Of a stretch of DNA of 64,000 bases, positions 46,667-56,773 are shown piece after piece. A program made the translations under genes and the position numbers. The stretch is from Kiloniellaceae bacterium (GTDB taxonomy: Bacteria; Pseudomonadota; Alphaproteobacteria; Kiloniellales; J153). The notes beneath the pieces were generated by a model that saw only the letters and a list, made by a program, of their open reading frames with translations, had not been told where the DNA came from and did no database searches. Location of the stretch: NCBI GenBank assembly GCA_021776115.1, contig JAJFGN010000063.1, positions 18,375 through 82,374 of the forward strand, in the 5' to 3' direction. The stretch's first letter is position 1. Every line of letters begins with the position of its first letter.

Positions 46667-49591
46667 ATGGAGAAGACGGTCATGTCAAACGCTCGCCGCT
46701 CGCTGGCGGATCTGGAGATGCGCGACGATTTCGTGCGCCGCCACATTGGACCGGGTCCGGCCCAAATCTCCGAGATGCTTGGGACTCTCGGCCTGAAGTC
46801 GCTCGATGAGCTGGTCGAGAAAACAGTGCCGTCTTCCATCGTGGCCGACGAGCCCTTCGACTTGCCGGACGCGATGAGCGAGCGCGATGCCTTATCTTAT
46901 CTGCGCAAGATGGCGGACCGGAACAAGGTTTTCACGTCCATGATCGGCATGGGTTACTATGGGACCATCACCCCCAAGGTGATCTTGCGGAACGTCTTGG
47001 AGAACCCGGGCTGGTACACGGCCTATACACCCTACCAGGCCGAAATCAGCCAGGGCCGGCTGGAGGTTCTGCTCAACTTCCAGCAGATGGTCATGGACTT
47101 GACCGGTATGGAGATCGCGAACGCGTCGCTTCTGGACGAAGCAACCGCGGCGGCGGAGGCCATGGCCATGTCGCACCGCGTCTCGAAAAACAAGTCGGAG
47201 ATTTATTTCGTCGACCGGGACTGCCATCCCCAGACCATTGCGGTGATGCAGACCCGCGCTCGCCCGCTCGGGTTCGAAGTAGTGGTCGGCGACCCCCTCA
47301 GCGAATTGGATAAGCACCAGGTCTTTGGCGTGCTAGTCCAATATCCGGGGTCAAGCGGCGCGGTTCGCGACATTCGCCCCGTGGTCGAGCAGGCACACAA
47401 ACAGGCCGCACTGGTGACCGTGGCCTGCGATTTACTCGGTCTGGCCCTTTTAACGCCTCCAGGCGAGATGGGCGCCGACATAGCGATCGGCAACACTCAG
47501 CGCTTCGGCGTTCCCATGGGTTATGGCGGACCGCACGCCGCGTTCTTTGCGACGCGCGACGCTTACAAGCGGACCATGCCGGGTCGGATCATCGGCGTAT
47601 CTGTCGATTCCAGCGGTAAGCCTGCTCTGCGCATGGCCTTGCAAACGCGCGAGCAACATATCCGGCGCGAAAAGGCGACCAGCAACATCTGCACGGCCCA
47701 GGTTCTGCTAGCGATCATTGCGGCGCTTTACGCCGTTTATCACGGGCCGGACGGCATACGCCGGATCGCAGAGCGGGCGCACCGCATGACCTCGATCCTC
47801 GCCGAGGGTCTGCGCCGTCTGGGGTTCGAGATCGTCCACGAAGCCTACTTCGATACCCTTTGTGTGCGGGTCCCGGGTCAAGCCGGGCGGATCTCGGCGC
47901 GTGCCCGCGAGGCCGGCATCAACCTGTGCATGATCGACGCCGACCGCCTGGGTATTTCCTGCGACGAGACGACCAAGCGCGCGGACTTGCTGACCTTGTG
48001 GCGCGTGTTCGCAACCAAAGCCGACCGCCTGGTCGATATCGAGGATCTCGATGGCGCCGTTTCGGAGTGTATTCCCGAGACTCTACGCCGCGGCAGCGAC
48101 TACCTGACCCATCCGGTATTCCAGCTCTATCATGCGGAGACCGAGATGCTGCGCTACCTGCGCTGGCTTGTGGCCAAGGACGTGTCATTGGACCGCAGCA
48201 TGATCCCGCTGGGGTCCTGCACGATGAAGCTGAACGCGACCACGGAGATGATCCCGATCACTTGGCGCCAGTTCGCGCAAATGCATCCCTTCGCGCCGCT
48301 CGAACAGGCGCAGGGCTATCAGCAGCTTTTCGAGGAACTGGAGGAGATGTTGTGCGCGGCAACCGGCTTCGATGCGGTGTCGCTACAGCCCAATGCCGGC
48401 TCCCAGGGCGAATTTTCCGGCCTCTTGACCATTCGCCGCTATCACGAAAGCCGCGGAGAGGCGCATCGCAACGTGTGCCTGATTCCGGCATCGTCCCACG
48501 GCACGAATCCGGCCAGCGCCTCCATGGCGGGTATGCGGGTCGTGGTGGTGCGTTGCGACGATGACGGCAATGTCGACGTCGAGGATCTCAAGGCCAAGGC
48601 GGCGGAACATAGCGCGGAGCTTGCCGCCCTGATGATTACCTATCCATCGACCCACGGGGTTTTCGAGGAGGCGATCCGGGAGATTTGTGCGGCGGTTCAC
48701 GAAAACGGCGGCCAAGTTTATATGGATGGCGCGAACCTGAACGCGCTGGTCGGCATCGCGCAACCCGGCAAGATTGGCGCCGACGTCATGCATATGAACC
48801 TGCACAAGACTTTTTGCATCCCCCATGGCGGCGGTGGCCCCGGGATGGGACCGATCGGCGTGTGCGCCCACCTCGCGCCCTTCTTGCCCGACCATCCGGT
48901 CGTTGCCGGCGTTAATCCGGCGGCCGGACCGCACGGGACGATCGGCGCAATCTCCGCGGCGCCGTGGGGCTCCGCGAGTATCTTACCGATTTCTTGGGCC
49001 TACATCGCGATGATGGGCGGTGCGGGCCTGCGCCGCGCAACCGAAATCGCGATCCTGAACGCCAACTATATTGCCACGCGATTGGCGCCGCATTATCCGG
49101 TCCTCTACACGGGCGCGAACGGCATGGTCGCGCACGAATGCATCGTCGATTTGCGGCCGATCAAGGATTCTTGCGGCATCACCAACGAGGACGTCGCCAA
49201 GCGCCTGATCGACTACGGTTTCCATGCGCCCACGATGTCGTTTCCCGTCGCCGACACACTAATGATTGAGCCGACCGAAAGCGAGGCCAAGCGCGAGCTC
49301 GATCGCTTTTGCGACGCGATGATCCAAATCCGCAAGGAAGTCGCGCAGATCGAATCGGGTGCGGCCGATTCTAAGGATAACTTGCTGCACAACGCGCCGC
49401 ATACCCATCACGTCCTGCTGGAAGGCGACTGGGCCAAACCCTACTCAAAGGAAGAAGCGTTCTTTCCGCTTCATGCGTTACGCGAAGACAAGTATTGGCC
49501 GCCGGTTGGACGCGTCGACAATGTTTATGGCGACCGCCATCTTGTGTGCTCGTGCCCGCCGATGTCGGCCTATAGCGAAGCGGCGGAGTAA
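46667..49591 (+). CDS. gcvP: Glycine dehydrogenase (single-chain P protein)
   Basis: [41 protein letters not shown]. Confidence 0.98.
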   Translation: MEKTVMSNARRSLADLEMRDDFVRRHIGPGPAQISEMLGTLGLKSLDELVEKTVPSSIVADEPFDLPDAMSERDALSYLRKMADRNKVFTSMIGMGYYGTITPKVILRNVLENPGWYTAYTPYQAEISQGRLEVLLNFQQMVMDLTGMEIANASLLDEATAAAEAMAMSHRVSKNKSEIYFVDRDCHPQTIAVMQTRARPLGFEVVVGDPLSELDKHQVFGVLVQYPGSSGAVRDIRPVVEQAHKQAALVTVACDLLGLALLTPPGEMGADIAIGNTQRFGVPMGYGGPHAAFFATRDAYKRTMPGRIIGVSVDSSGKPALRMALQTREQHIRREKATSNICTAQVLLAIIAALYAVYHGPDGIRRIAERAHRMTSILAEGLRRLGFEIVHEAYFDTLCVRVPGQAGRISARAREAGINLCMIDADRLGISCDETTKRADLLTLWRVFATKADRLVDIEDLDGAVSECIPETLRRGSDYLTHPVFQLYHAETEMLRYLRWLVAKDVSLDRSMIPLGSCTMKLNATTEMIPITWRQFAQMHPFAPLEQAQGYQQLFEELEEMLCAATGFDAVSLQPNAGSQGEFSGLLTIRRYHESRGEAHRNVCLIPASSHGTNPASASMAGMRVVVVRCDDDGNVDVEDLKAKAAEHSAELAALMITYPSTHGVFEEAIREICAAVHENGGQVYMDGANLNALVGIAQPGKIGADVMHMNLHKTFCIPHGGGGPGMGPIGVCAHLAPFLPDHPVVAGVNPAAGPHGTIGAISAAPWGSASILPISWAYIAMMGGAGLRRATEIAILNANYIATRLAPHYPVLYTGANGMVAHECIVDLRPIKDSCGITNEDVAKRLIDYGFHAPTMSFPVADTLMIEPTESEAKRELDRFCDAMIQIRKEVAQIESGAADSKDNLLHNAPHTHHVLLEGDWAKPYSKEEAFFPLHALREDKYWPPVGRVDNVYGDRHLVCSCPPMSAYSEAAE

Positions 49592-49606
49592 CGCCGCGGA
49601 TCGCTT

Positions 49607-49661
49607 TCCCGGGACTCATACCAAGGGTCAATATCAACGACCCTTGGTATGAGTCCCGGGA
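49607..49661. repeat. Perfect 23-bp inverted repeat with 9-nt loop
   Basis: tcccgggactcataccaagggtc-aatatcaac-gacccttggtatgagtcccggga. Confidence 0.9.
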
Positions 49662-49866
49662 GTCTGGCTCGCCATACGATTGAATGTTGCTCACGTTCGT
49701 GCAATGCGGACGTGCTGTCGCGCGACCCGACACAAAAATACCTCTTTTCGTTTTGCGCCGAGCGTGTTTACCATAATGGGGTAAATTCGTAATAGTTATT
49801 ACAAGTTAGCACGCCGCCTTGTGTCTAAAGTTTAAGCGCGGCCAAGCAACGCGGGGAGGATGGCAC

Positions 49867-50634
49867 GTGTTACAAGCCTTAGATCTGTTTCATCTTTCTG
49901 ATCAACGGGTATCGGAAAGCTGCGATCTCGACGTCTTGAGGTTCGGTAATCACCTCGTTTCGATCTGTGAAAACGAAGGGTGGACCTGCCAAATCGCCGA
50001 GGGCCCTGAATTGTGGAAAGAGGCGATAGTGTCGGCAGGAGGCTGGATCAATCCTACTTTCGATCGGGACAAATCAAAGGTCAACAATTCCAACAGCGCC
50101 AGTGTCGTTGTCCGTGATCGCCAAGGCGAATTTGTGGCATGTAATGCGTTGCGGGTGTTCGTGACCGATAGCTTTCGGGATGTAATCGCAACGGGCGCGC
50201 TGTTTTATGGACCTAGTATGCGACTTCTGAATGGCCTGGATGTTATCTTGCCCGAAGAGTTTCCGGACCTAGCGGGCCGAATTGGATATAGCGGAGGTAC
50301 CCTTATCTCGCCGCGCCATCGGGCGAAGCGGTTGGGCCTCATGATGACTAGGTTCGTTCGACTGCTTGGCGAGAGACTATTTGATGCCAATCATCACACC
50401 GGCCATATCTTCCAGAACAGGCCCGAGGATCCTCAGCCTCGAAACCCATATCATTTTGCGCGGTGTACCCCGTGCTTGCCGAGTTTGATGATACCGGATC
50501 GGCAGCAGGATCAGCTACTGTTCCTCATCGATATCAGCCAGGCAGAATTCCTCTCGCAAGTCCGCCGGAATGTCAGGAAGCTTGTCAGTGAAGGGAACAA
50601 AACACTTCGCGATCTCACCCTGCTCACCCCTTAG
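49867..50634 (+). CDS. Hypothetical protein with GNAT/acyl-transferase-like motif
   Basis: GGAGG 7 nt before GTG 49867; GEFVACNALR..., ISPRHRAKRLG resembles GNAT motif A (V.P.xRGxGLG). Confidence 0.55.
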   Translation: MLQALDLFHLSDQRVSESCDLDVLRFGNHLVSICENEGWTCQIAEGPELWKEAIVSAGGWINPTFDRDKSKVNNSNSASVVVRDRQGEFVACNALRVFVTDSFRDVIATGALFYGPSMRLLNGLDVILPEEFPDLAGRIGYSGGTLISPRHRAKRLGLMMTRFVRLLGERLFDANHHTGHIFQNRPEDPQPRNPYHFARCTPCLPSLMIPDRQQDQLLFLIDISQAEFLSQVRRNVRKLVSEGNKTLRDLTLLTP

Positions 50635-51129
50635 CGGCAGGATGGCCTTCGTGAAGTAATAGAAACGGTCATTCAGGACGCCTTTCATTTCAAAGAAAGC
50701 GAGTTGACCGGTATCTAGTATAGTGGCCAGCTGGCTTCTTAAGGCATCGGTCATAACATTGTATTTCGTCAGATCTTCAAACGTCGCGTTCTGGAGGCAC
50801 AGAAAGCCGTCGAAATTGGCGTCCTCTGCCCATACAGAGAAGCGAAAACTCTTCGTGGAGTAGTCGACTCGCAAGCAATGCGTGCGACCCATCATTCCGG
50901 TTTGGGCGACTTTTTCGGGTGGGATAGCGTTTGATTTTGGAGCCCGTCCGTCCGAACAGTGTTCCTGATACAGGTCGATAAGTGCCTTCATCCGCGAATC
51001 TTCGTTTGCCAGAAAATTTTCGAGCGATAGCTGGATCGACACGATCTTGTTCTGTCCGTCGGAGAATACTTCCTTGACCTTCGGAGAAGCCGGAGTATCT
51101 CCCAGAATGCTCTGAGTGTTGGAATTCAT
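50515..51129 (-). CDS. Stand-alone PAS-like domain protein (PAS_5-like)
   Basis: Y....GRAP....IPP, FRF, terminal AILPLRGEQG.I pattern. Confidence 0.6.
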   Translation of the reverse strand: MNSNTQSILGDTPASPKVKEVFSDGQNKIVSIQLSLENFLANEDSRMKALIDLYQEHCSDGRAPKSNAIPPEKVAQTGMMGRTHCLRVDYSTKSFRFSVWAEDANFDGFLCLQNATFEDLTKYNVMTDALRSQLATILDTGQLAFFEMKGVLNDRFYYFTKAILPLRGEQGEIAKCFVPFTDKLPDIPADLREEFCLADIDEEQ

Positions 51130-51210
51130 GATTCCGCTGGCAGTTTCACCGCACTACTAAACGCAGGCTTCCGGCCCATGTTCAACGGAATGATAGTATT
51201 GTGGGTTATG

Positions 51211-51226
51211 TTAAGAGGTCGTTAAC
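51211..51226. promoter_or_regulatory. CtrA-type binding site
   Basis: TTAA-GAGGTCG-TTAAC, ~80 bp upstream of the PAS-like gene. Confidence 0.65.
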
Positions 51227-51672
51227 ATCGTTCCGAGGCCGGTCGTCGAATCTCACGATTAGTTTGTGTGTCTCCTGTTATGTTTTATACTATTTCTTTA
51301 TACCGCCTATGACGTAATAAAATTATGACAATACTTAGCTTGGCGGGTAATTGATTGAAGTGACGGAACCCATGTTTATTTAGTCACCCGTATAGCGCCG
51401 ATGACTTGGCAGATCCGCATTCTGAGGCAAGGGCGGATATGAATGGGTCATTCGAAATTTTGCGATGTCAGAGTCTCCCCGGGCCACTCATTTTCGTGTT
51501 CACCGGAATTTAAATCGGCTAGGGTTTAGTATGGGGTATCGCGCTAGCGCGGATCGATGCGGCGTTTGGGACCCGTTCTTATGGTTGGTATTTCTCCGCG
51601 CCGCCATTGGGTTTCACTAAGCTTCGAAGACCCTGGCAGCTCTCTAATCTCTCAAAAAAATGCGAGACTTAA

Positions 51673-52593
51673 GTGTCGCAACCCACGATAAGTGCCGACT
51701 TGAATCTTGACCCGCTGGGTGCGCGAAACCGCAACGCGGTCCGGATGGTGCTTCTCAGCGGGTTCCTGAATAGCTTTGGCGGGCTCATTCTCCGATCGGT
51801 CGGGGACGCGTCCGAGTGGCAGATCGTATTCTACCGCACCGGATCTCTCGCACTTGGCTTAACCCTGTTTCTCGTTGTCCAGAATTCTTGGGGCATATGG
51901 ACCAAGATCCGGGAGATTGGTATCTGGGGCTGGGTGTGTGGCGCCTTTTTTTGCGGCATGCAAAGCCTATTCATTTTTTCTCTGAGCAATACAACCGTCG
52001 CCAATACGGCATTCATCTTAGGCTCCGCGCCTATCTTGACCGCCTTCACCGCCCGCCTCGTTCTTGGCGAGATCATCGGTCGAGGTACTTGGACCGCCCT
52101 GGTCGTCGCGGTTTCGGGTACGGCTTTGATGGTTGTGGAAGGTGTTTCGACCGGCAGCATGTTGGGTGATTTAGCCGCCGTCGGGGCGGCACTCAGTCTG
52201 ACAGGTTTTATCGTGACCCTTCGGGCGAAGCGCCACGTCGACATGTTGCCGTCGCTCATTATCGGCGGTCTCCTCGCGAGCCTTATTTCGTTCCTGGCGG
52301 TTGGGGGCCGGATTGTCGTGCCCACTCAAGATCTTTTACTTTGCGTATTCTGGGGGGGGGGGCTTTCCTCCGGCGTCTTGGTGCTTTTTACGATGGCCTC
52401 GCGACACCTCAAAGGCGGTGTCCTGACAATCCTGTTGACGATTGAATATTTTCTAGGGCCGTTCTGGGTCTGGCTTTTCATCGACGAAAGACCCTCGAAC
52501 CTGGCGCTGGTCGGTGGCCTGGTCATCTTCTGCGCCGTCGCGGGCCAGGCGTATCTGTTAAGCCGGCCGGCGCAGGCGGTTAATGCCAACTAG
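51673..52593 (+). CDS. DMT/EamA family transporter
   Basis: ~10 TM, WQIVFYR, TTVANT, VLGE, P.WVWL..DERP. Confidence 0.88.
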   Translation: MSQPTISADLNLDPLGARNRNAVRMVLLSGFLNSFGGLILRSVGDASEWQIVFYRTGSLALGLTLFLVVQNSWGIWTKIREIGIWGWVCGAFFCGMQSLFIFSLSNTTVANTAFILGSAPILTAFTARLVLGEIIGRGTWTALVVAVSGTALMVVEGVSTGSMLGDLAAVGAALSLTGFIVTLRAKRHVDMLPSLIIGGLLASLISFLAVGGRIVVPTQDLLLCVFWGGGLSSGVLVLFTMASRHLKGGVLTILLTIEYFLGPFWVWLFIDERPSNLALVGGLVIFCAVAGQAYLLSRPAQAVNAN

Positions 52594-53981
52594 GCTGCGG
52601 CGAGACCCCTGACGTCGGTCAGCGTGGCGCCTGTCAATTGGGTGTCCTTGACTACGGCATCCACCATATTTGCACCCGACAAGTCGGCGTTAGTCAGGTC
52701 CGCGCCGCTGAGGTCGGCTCCCGACAAATCGGCTCGCGACAAGCGGGCGTTCTGTAGCAAGGCCCCACACAAGCTCGCCTGCATCAGCTTGGCATTTTCC
52801 AGGTTGGTGGGGCTGTTCTGCGCGGCCGCGCCGATCTGCTCCAGCGGGCCGAGGTTGCAGCGATCCAGCTTGGCCTCGTTCAGGGTCGCGCGCTGCAGGT
52901 TTGCGCCACGCATGTCGGCGCTTGAGAGATCGCACCTTCTCATATCCGAGAACTCGAGGTTGGCCATGGCCAACTCCGCTCCCGACAGATTGGTATCGCT
53001 CAAGCGGCAACGTTGCAGGTCGGCGATCGCCAGGTTGAGCTTCCCCAGAGTCCGGCCGGACAGATCGAAATCGGCAAAGACGGCGCGAACACCTTCCTTG
53101 CCGGAGCTATCCAGCCATAGTTTGTGATCGGCCAAGAGCGCTTTTATTTCTTCGTCGCTCTTGCGAACCACGGAAGACATAACGGCCATCTTCAATTCGT
53201 CAAGCTCATACGCCTCTGGGTCCAGGATCGCGCCGCGCAGATCGGCGCCAAGAAAATCGGCCCCCCGCAGGGTAGCGCCCTGTAGTTGGGCGCCGGTCAA
53301 CGAAGCGCCGGCAAGCTTCGCGCCGGTCAAGATGGCGCCGGTTAGGTTCGCGCCGACAAAGTTCGTTTTGCGCATGTCGGCCCCCGAAAGGGTCGCGTTG
53401 CTCATATTCGCATCCGTGAAATCGGCTTGCCGCAACAAGGAGCGGTCGAGCTTGGCGCCGGAGAGGTCGGCGCGGCGGGCGACCACATTATTCATCTGCG
53501 CCGGTATTTCTTCGAATTCGTGAGCCTGGAAGTTGCCCTGCGAATCGTATCTTGCCAGCATGGCCGGTCTTACATCTGCTTTGAGAAATTTGGCGTCCGT
53601 TAAGTCCGCGCCGCGCAAGGACACGCCGCGCAGGTCGGCGCCGGTAAAATCCACACTGCTTAATGTAGCCAAGCGGAAGTCGGCACAGAACAAGTTGGTG
53701 TTGCAGAGGCTCGCGCCGTCGAGTTTCGCTTTGATAAACTTAGTGCCGGTTAGGTCGGCCTTCGAGAGGTTGCACGCGGGTAGGACGACACCGGAAAGAT
53801 CGGAAAATTGTACAACGGCGCGTTTCCCGCTCGCCCCATTTTCCAGATACTTCCTATGATCGCGCAGGATCGCTTTCAGTTCTTCCAGGGACACCTGGGC
53901 GAAGCTGCGCTCCATATCGCCGGATGGCGTTTGCGGCATAAAAGACCACCGATACTGTTGTCCAGGGGACCAAAGAGCCAA
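52590..53981 (-). CDS. Pentapeptide-repeat protein with two modules
   Basis: A(D/N)L(S/T)G repeats; cap motif L.DH..(Y/W)L...G.RA appears twice. Confidence 0.9.
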   Translation of the reverse strand: MALWSPGQQYRWSFMPQTPSGDMERSFAQVSLEELKAILRDHRKYLENGASGKRAVVQFSDLSGVVLPACNLSKADLTGTKFIKAKLDGASLCNTNLFCADFRLATLSSVDFTGADLRGVSLRGADLTDAKFLKADVRPAMLARYDSQGNFQAHEFEEIPAQMNNVVARRADLSGAKLDRSLLRQADFTDANMSNATLSGADMRKTNFVGANLTGAILTGAKLAGASLTGAQLQGATLRGADFLGADLRGAILDPEAYELDELKMAVMSSVVRKSDEEIKALLADHKLWLDSSGKEGVRAVFADFDLSGRTLGKLNLAIADLQRCRLSDTNLSGAELAMANLEFSDMRRCDLSSADMRGANLQRATLNEAKLDRCNLGPLEQIGAAAQNSPTNLENAKLMQASLCGALLQNARLSRADLSGADLSGADLTNADLSGANMVDAVVKDTQLTGATLTDVRGLAAA

Positions 53982-54113
53982 GTATTGGCCCTGCCAGAGG
54001 AGTCCGGCCCAGTGTCGAGGATCTTCTAAAAAGGTAAAATTGGGATAAATCCGAGAGACTAAATCAGGCGCCGAACCATAGGTTGCGGGCCGCTTAATGG
54101 AAATTAACGTCGG

Positions 54114-54596
54114 CTAATTCAATTTCTGGGACAGGTTATCGATAGACTCCTCGACCAGCGTATTTAACCCTTCGTTATCCAAGTTGGATTCCAGCAGCTT
54201 CGCGGTTGCCGCCATCGCGACATCGATCGCCTGATTGCGTACTTCCTGCAACGCTTTGGTCTCCGCCTGGGCGATCTTGTCCAACGCTGCTTGCTCTCGC
54301 CGGCGCAGGGCGGTTTCGAGATCCTGCTCGGCCTGGGCGGCTAGGCGCTTGGCCTCCAGCTTGGCGTGATTGAGAATCTCATCGGCTTCGCTCAGGGCGT
54401 CACGCTGCTTGCGCTTGTAGTCCGCCAGGAGGTGCTGAGCCTCCTCGCGCAGCTTTTCAGCCTCATCGATCTCCGCGCGGATAGCCTGGCCACGCGCATC
54501 CAAGGCGCCGGTCATGGCGGTCGCGATTTTCTTGCCGACCGCCGCGACGAAGATAACGAAGGCTACCGCAACCCAGAATGTGGGATCTTCGAACAT
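54114..54596 (-). CDS. atpF: ATP synthase F0 subunit b
   Basis: PTFWVAVAF, LDAR...I..EI.EA.KLREEA. Confidence 0.93.
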   Translation of the reverse strand: MFEDPTFWVAVAFVIFVAAVGKKIATAMTGALDARGQAIRAEIDEAEKLREEAQHLLADYKRKQRDALSEADEILNHAKLEAKRLAAQAEQDLETALRRREQAALDKIAQAETKALQEVRNQAIDVAMAATAKLLESNLDNEGLNTLVEESIDNLSQKLN

Positions 54597-55087
54597 CAGT
54601 CGCGGCTCCGCATGGCTGCCTTAACCGCGCTTTCAACCTGTTCGGCCGGCAGCCTTGTGCCGATCAGCTTGGTGGCCGCCGCCGTCGCGACCTCGCCGGC
54701 GACCGCGGAAACATGGGCTAGCGCCTCTTCCTTAGCGCTCGTGATTCGGCCTTCCGCTTCCCGGGCGGTCGCGGACAGCTTCTTGCCAAAGGCCTCGTGA
54801 CGCCGGGCGCTCTCCGCCGCCATCTCGTCGCTTGCCTGTTTGACGGCTTCCGCCGCTTGCGAACGCGCTTGGGCCAGGGCCTTTTCGTAGTCCGCCAGGA
54901 CCGCTTCGGCTTCCTGACGCAGGCCGCTCGCCTTCTCGAGATCGGAATCAATGTGCCGCTGACGTGCCACCATTACCTCCGACATTCGCGGCAGCGCGTA
55001 GCGCCAAACCACGACGAAAAGGCACGCGAAGGTAACCGTTAGCCAGAACAGCTGTGGCAGGAAGGTCGCAGTGTCGAACTGTGGCAT
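54596..55087 (-). CDS. atpF2: ATP synthase F0 subunit b'
   Basis: MPQFD..TF.PQLFWL, LPR....RQ..I..DL. Confidence 0.92.
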   Translation of the reverse strand: MPQFDTATFLPQLFWLTVTFACLFVVVWRYALPRMSEVMVARQRHIDSDLEKASGLRQEAEAVLADYEKALAQARSQAAEAVKQASDEMAAESARRHEAFGKKLSATAREAEGRITSAKEEALAHVSAVAGEVATAAATKLIGTRLPAEQVESAVKAAMRSRD

Positions 55088-55137
55088 AACGCTTCGTAGA
55101 GTCTCCTGTCGTGAACGATCGCGATCTGCGTGGCTTC

Positions 55138-55365
55138 TTAGAACACGAACATGAGCAGAAGGGAGATCAGCAGAGCATAGAGCGCAACCGCCTCGACCAA
55201 GGCAAAGCCAATCCACATGAAAATCTGTACGTTGGCAATCGCCGAAGGGTTGCGCGCGCCAGAGGCGATCATCGACGAAAAGATGTTGCCGATACCGACA
55301 CCGACACCACCCAACCCGACGACGGCCAAGCCCGCGCCGATCAATTTTGCAGCTTCAACTTCCAT
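55138..55365 (-). CDS. atpE: ATP synthase F0 subunit c
   Basis: GAGLA..G.GG.GVGIG, RNP, FALVEA. Confidence 0.97.
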   Translation of the reverse strand: MEVEAAKLIGAGLAVVGLGGVGVGIGNIFSSMIASGARNPSAIANVQIFMWIGFALVEAVALYALLISLLLMFVF

Positions 55366-55458
55366 CTCTAGCTCCTCAGATTAGTCACTAATTCCCCGTA
55401 TCGCTTCCGATCGCGATTTGGGCTCTTGACGGTTCGTGCAATGACTCGCTTGGCGATC

Positions 55459-56193
55459 CTAATGCATGTGCAGCGCATCGTTTAGATAGACGCAGGTCAG
55501 GATCGTGAACACGTATGCTTGCAGAAACGCGATGATGAACTCTAAGCCCGTGAGCGCCGCCACGAGCGCCAAGGGGACGACACCCAACACGCCGAGGGTC
55601 GCCACGAATCCTGCGAAAACTTTGAGCATGGTGTGCCCAGCGGTCATGTTCGCGAACAGGCGCAAGGCCAGGCTCACCGGGCGGGTGAAATAAGAAAGTA
55701 TTTCAATTGGCACGATGAGAGGGGCCATGTAAATCGGAACCCCGGTCGGCATGAGAAACTTCAGAAAAGGCAGACCGTGTTTCATGAAACCGATCACCGT
55801 TACGCCAACGAAAACGAACGCCGCCAAGGCGAAGGTTACGATGATATGGCTGGTGTAGGTGAAGCTGTAAGGCAGCATCCCCAGCAAGTTGCCGAACAGG
55901 ACGAACATGAAAAGGGTGAAGATGAAGGGAAAGTACTTCCGCCCCTCTTGCCCGACGTTGTCGCGAATCATGCCGGCGACGAATTCGTAGGAAATCTCGG
56001 CCATCGATTGCCAACGTCCCGGAACGAGGCTGCCGCGACGGGTCCCGATCGTCAGAAAGGCGGTCGCCAGGGTCACCGCGATTACCATGAACAGCGCAGA
56101 ATTCGTAAACGAAAAATCAAGCTGGCCGAACTGGATCGGCACGAGCGCTTTGATCTCGAACTGCGTCAAAGGATTATGTTGTTCAGCTGCCAC
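55459..56193 (-). CDS. atpB: ATP synthase F0 subunit a
   Basis: [36 protein letters not shown]. Confidence 0.97.
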   Translation of the reverse strand: MAAEQHNPLTQFEIKALVPIQFGQLDFSFTNSALFMVIAVTLATAFLTIGTRRGSLVPGRWQSMAEISYEFVAGMIRDNVGQEGRKYFPFIFTLFMFVLFGNLLGMLPYSFTYTSHIIVTFALAAFVFVGVTVIGFMKHGLPFLKFLMPTGVPIYMAPLIVPIEILSYFTRPVSLALRLFANMTAGHTMLKVFAGFVATLGVLGVVPLALVAALTGLEFIIAFLQAYVFTILTCVYLNDALHMH

Positions 56194-56247
56194 CGGATCG
56201 GATTTCCCGCGTTACTTGGTTCGAAGTCGACAGAACATACGGAACAT

Positions 56248-56604
56248 CTAGTCTTTGGCTTCAGGGCCTGACGGCCGGTCCTTCCGCTTCTTGTAACCGA
56301 CCCCGTGGTCGTAACCCGCCGCCGTCCGGTAGACGTTCAGCATACCCGCCGCCGACCCGAGTACGAAGAACACTATCAAAAACCAGGGCTTGGTCTCCAG
56401 CCACCAGTCGAGCGCCAAACCGATACCCACTCCAACGCCGAGGCCGGCCACCATATCGGAGGCGATCCGAAGCGCAAAACCAAGACCACCGCTACCCTGA
56501 GAAGCCTGATTGCCGCGCTTTCCGTCGCCCTTCCGCTTGGCCACCGCCTGGCGAAGTCGCTCGTCGAATTTGTCGCGTGACGGTGGGGGCGATTCGTCGC
56601 TCAT
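56248..56604 (-). CDS. atpI: AtpZ/AtpI family protein
   Basis: G.G.ALD.WLET.PW.LI.F..LG.AAG.LNV. Confidence 0.88.
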   Translation of the reverse strand: MSDESPPPSRDKFDERLRQAVAKRKGDGKRGNQASQGSGGLGFALRIASDMVAGLGVGVGIGLALDWWLETKPWFLIVFFVLGSAAGMLNVYRTAAGYDHGVGYKKRKDRPSGPEAKD

Positions 56605-56773
56605 GCGCTCGCGCCCCCCGGATATTTCCCCCGGATTTAGGTCCCCAACATCCGGGCCCACGGGACCCGAAAATCGCGCGCACCTTAGTGAGCGAGCCTA
56701 GGTGTGTCAAGGCGCAGCGGGGGCGGTTTTCCTGGGAAAATTCCGGCAAAACGTCTGTGCTGCAGCGCCCCTA

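Noticed and set aside
54094-54108. TTAA-N6-TTAAC upstream of the pentapeptide gene as a CtrA site
   Set aside because: Spacer is 6, not 7; at best a half-site
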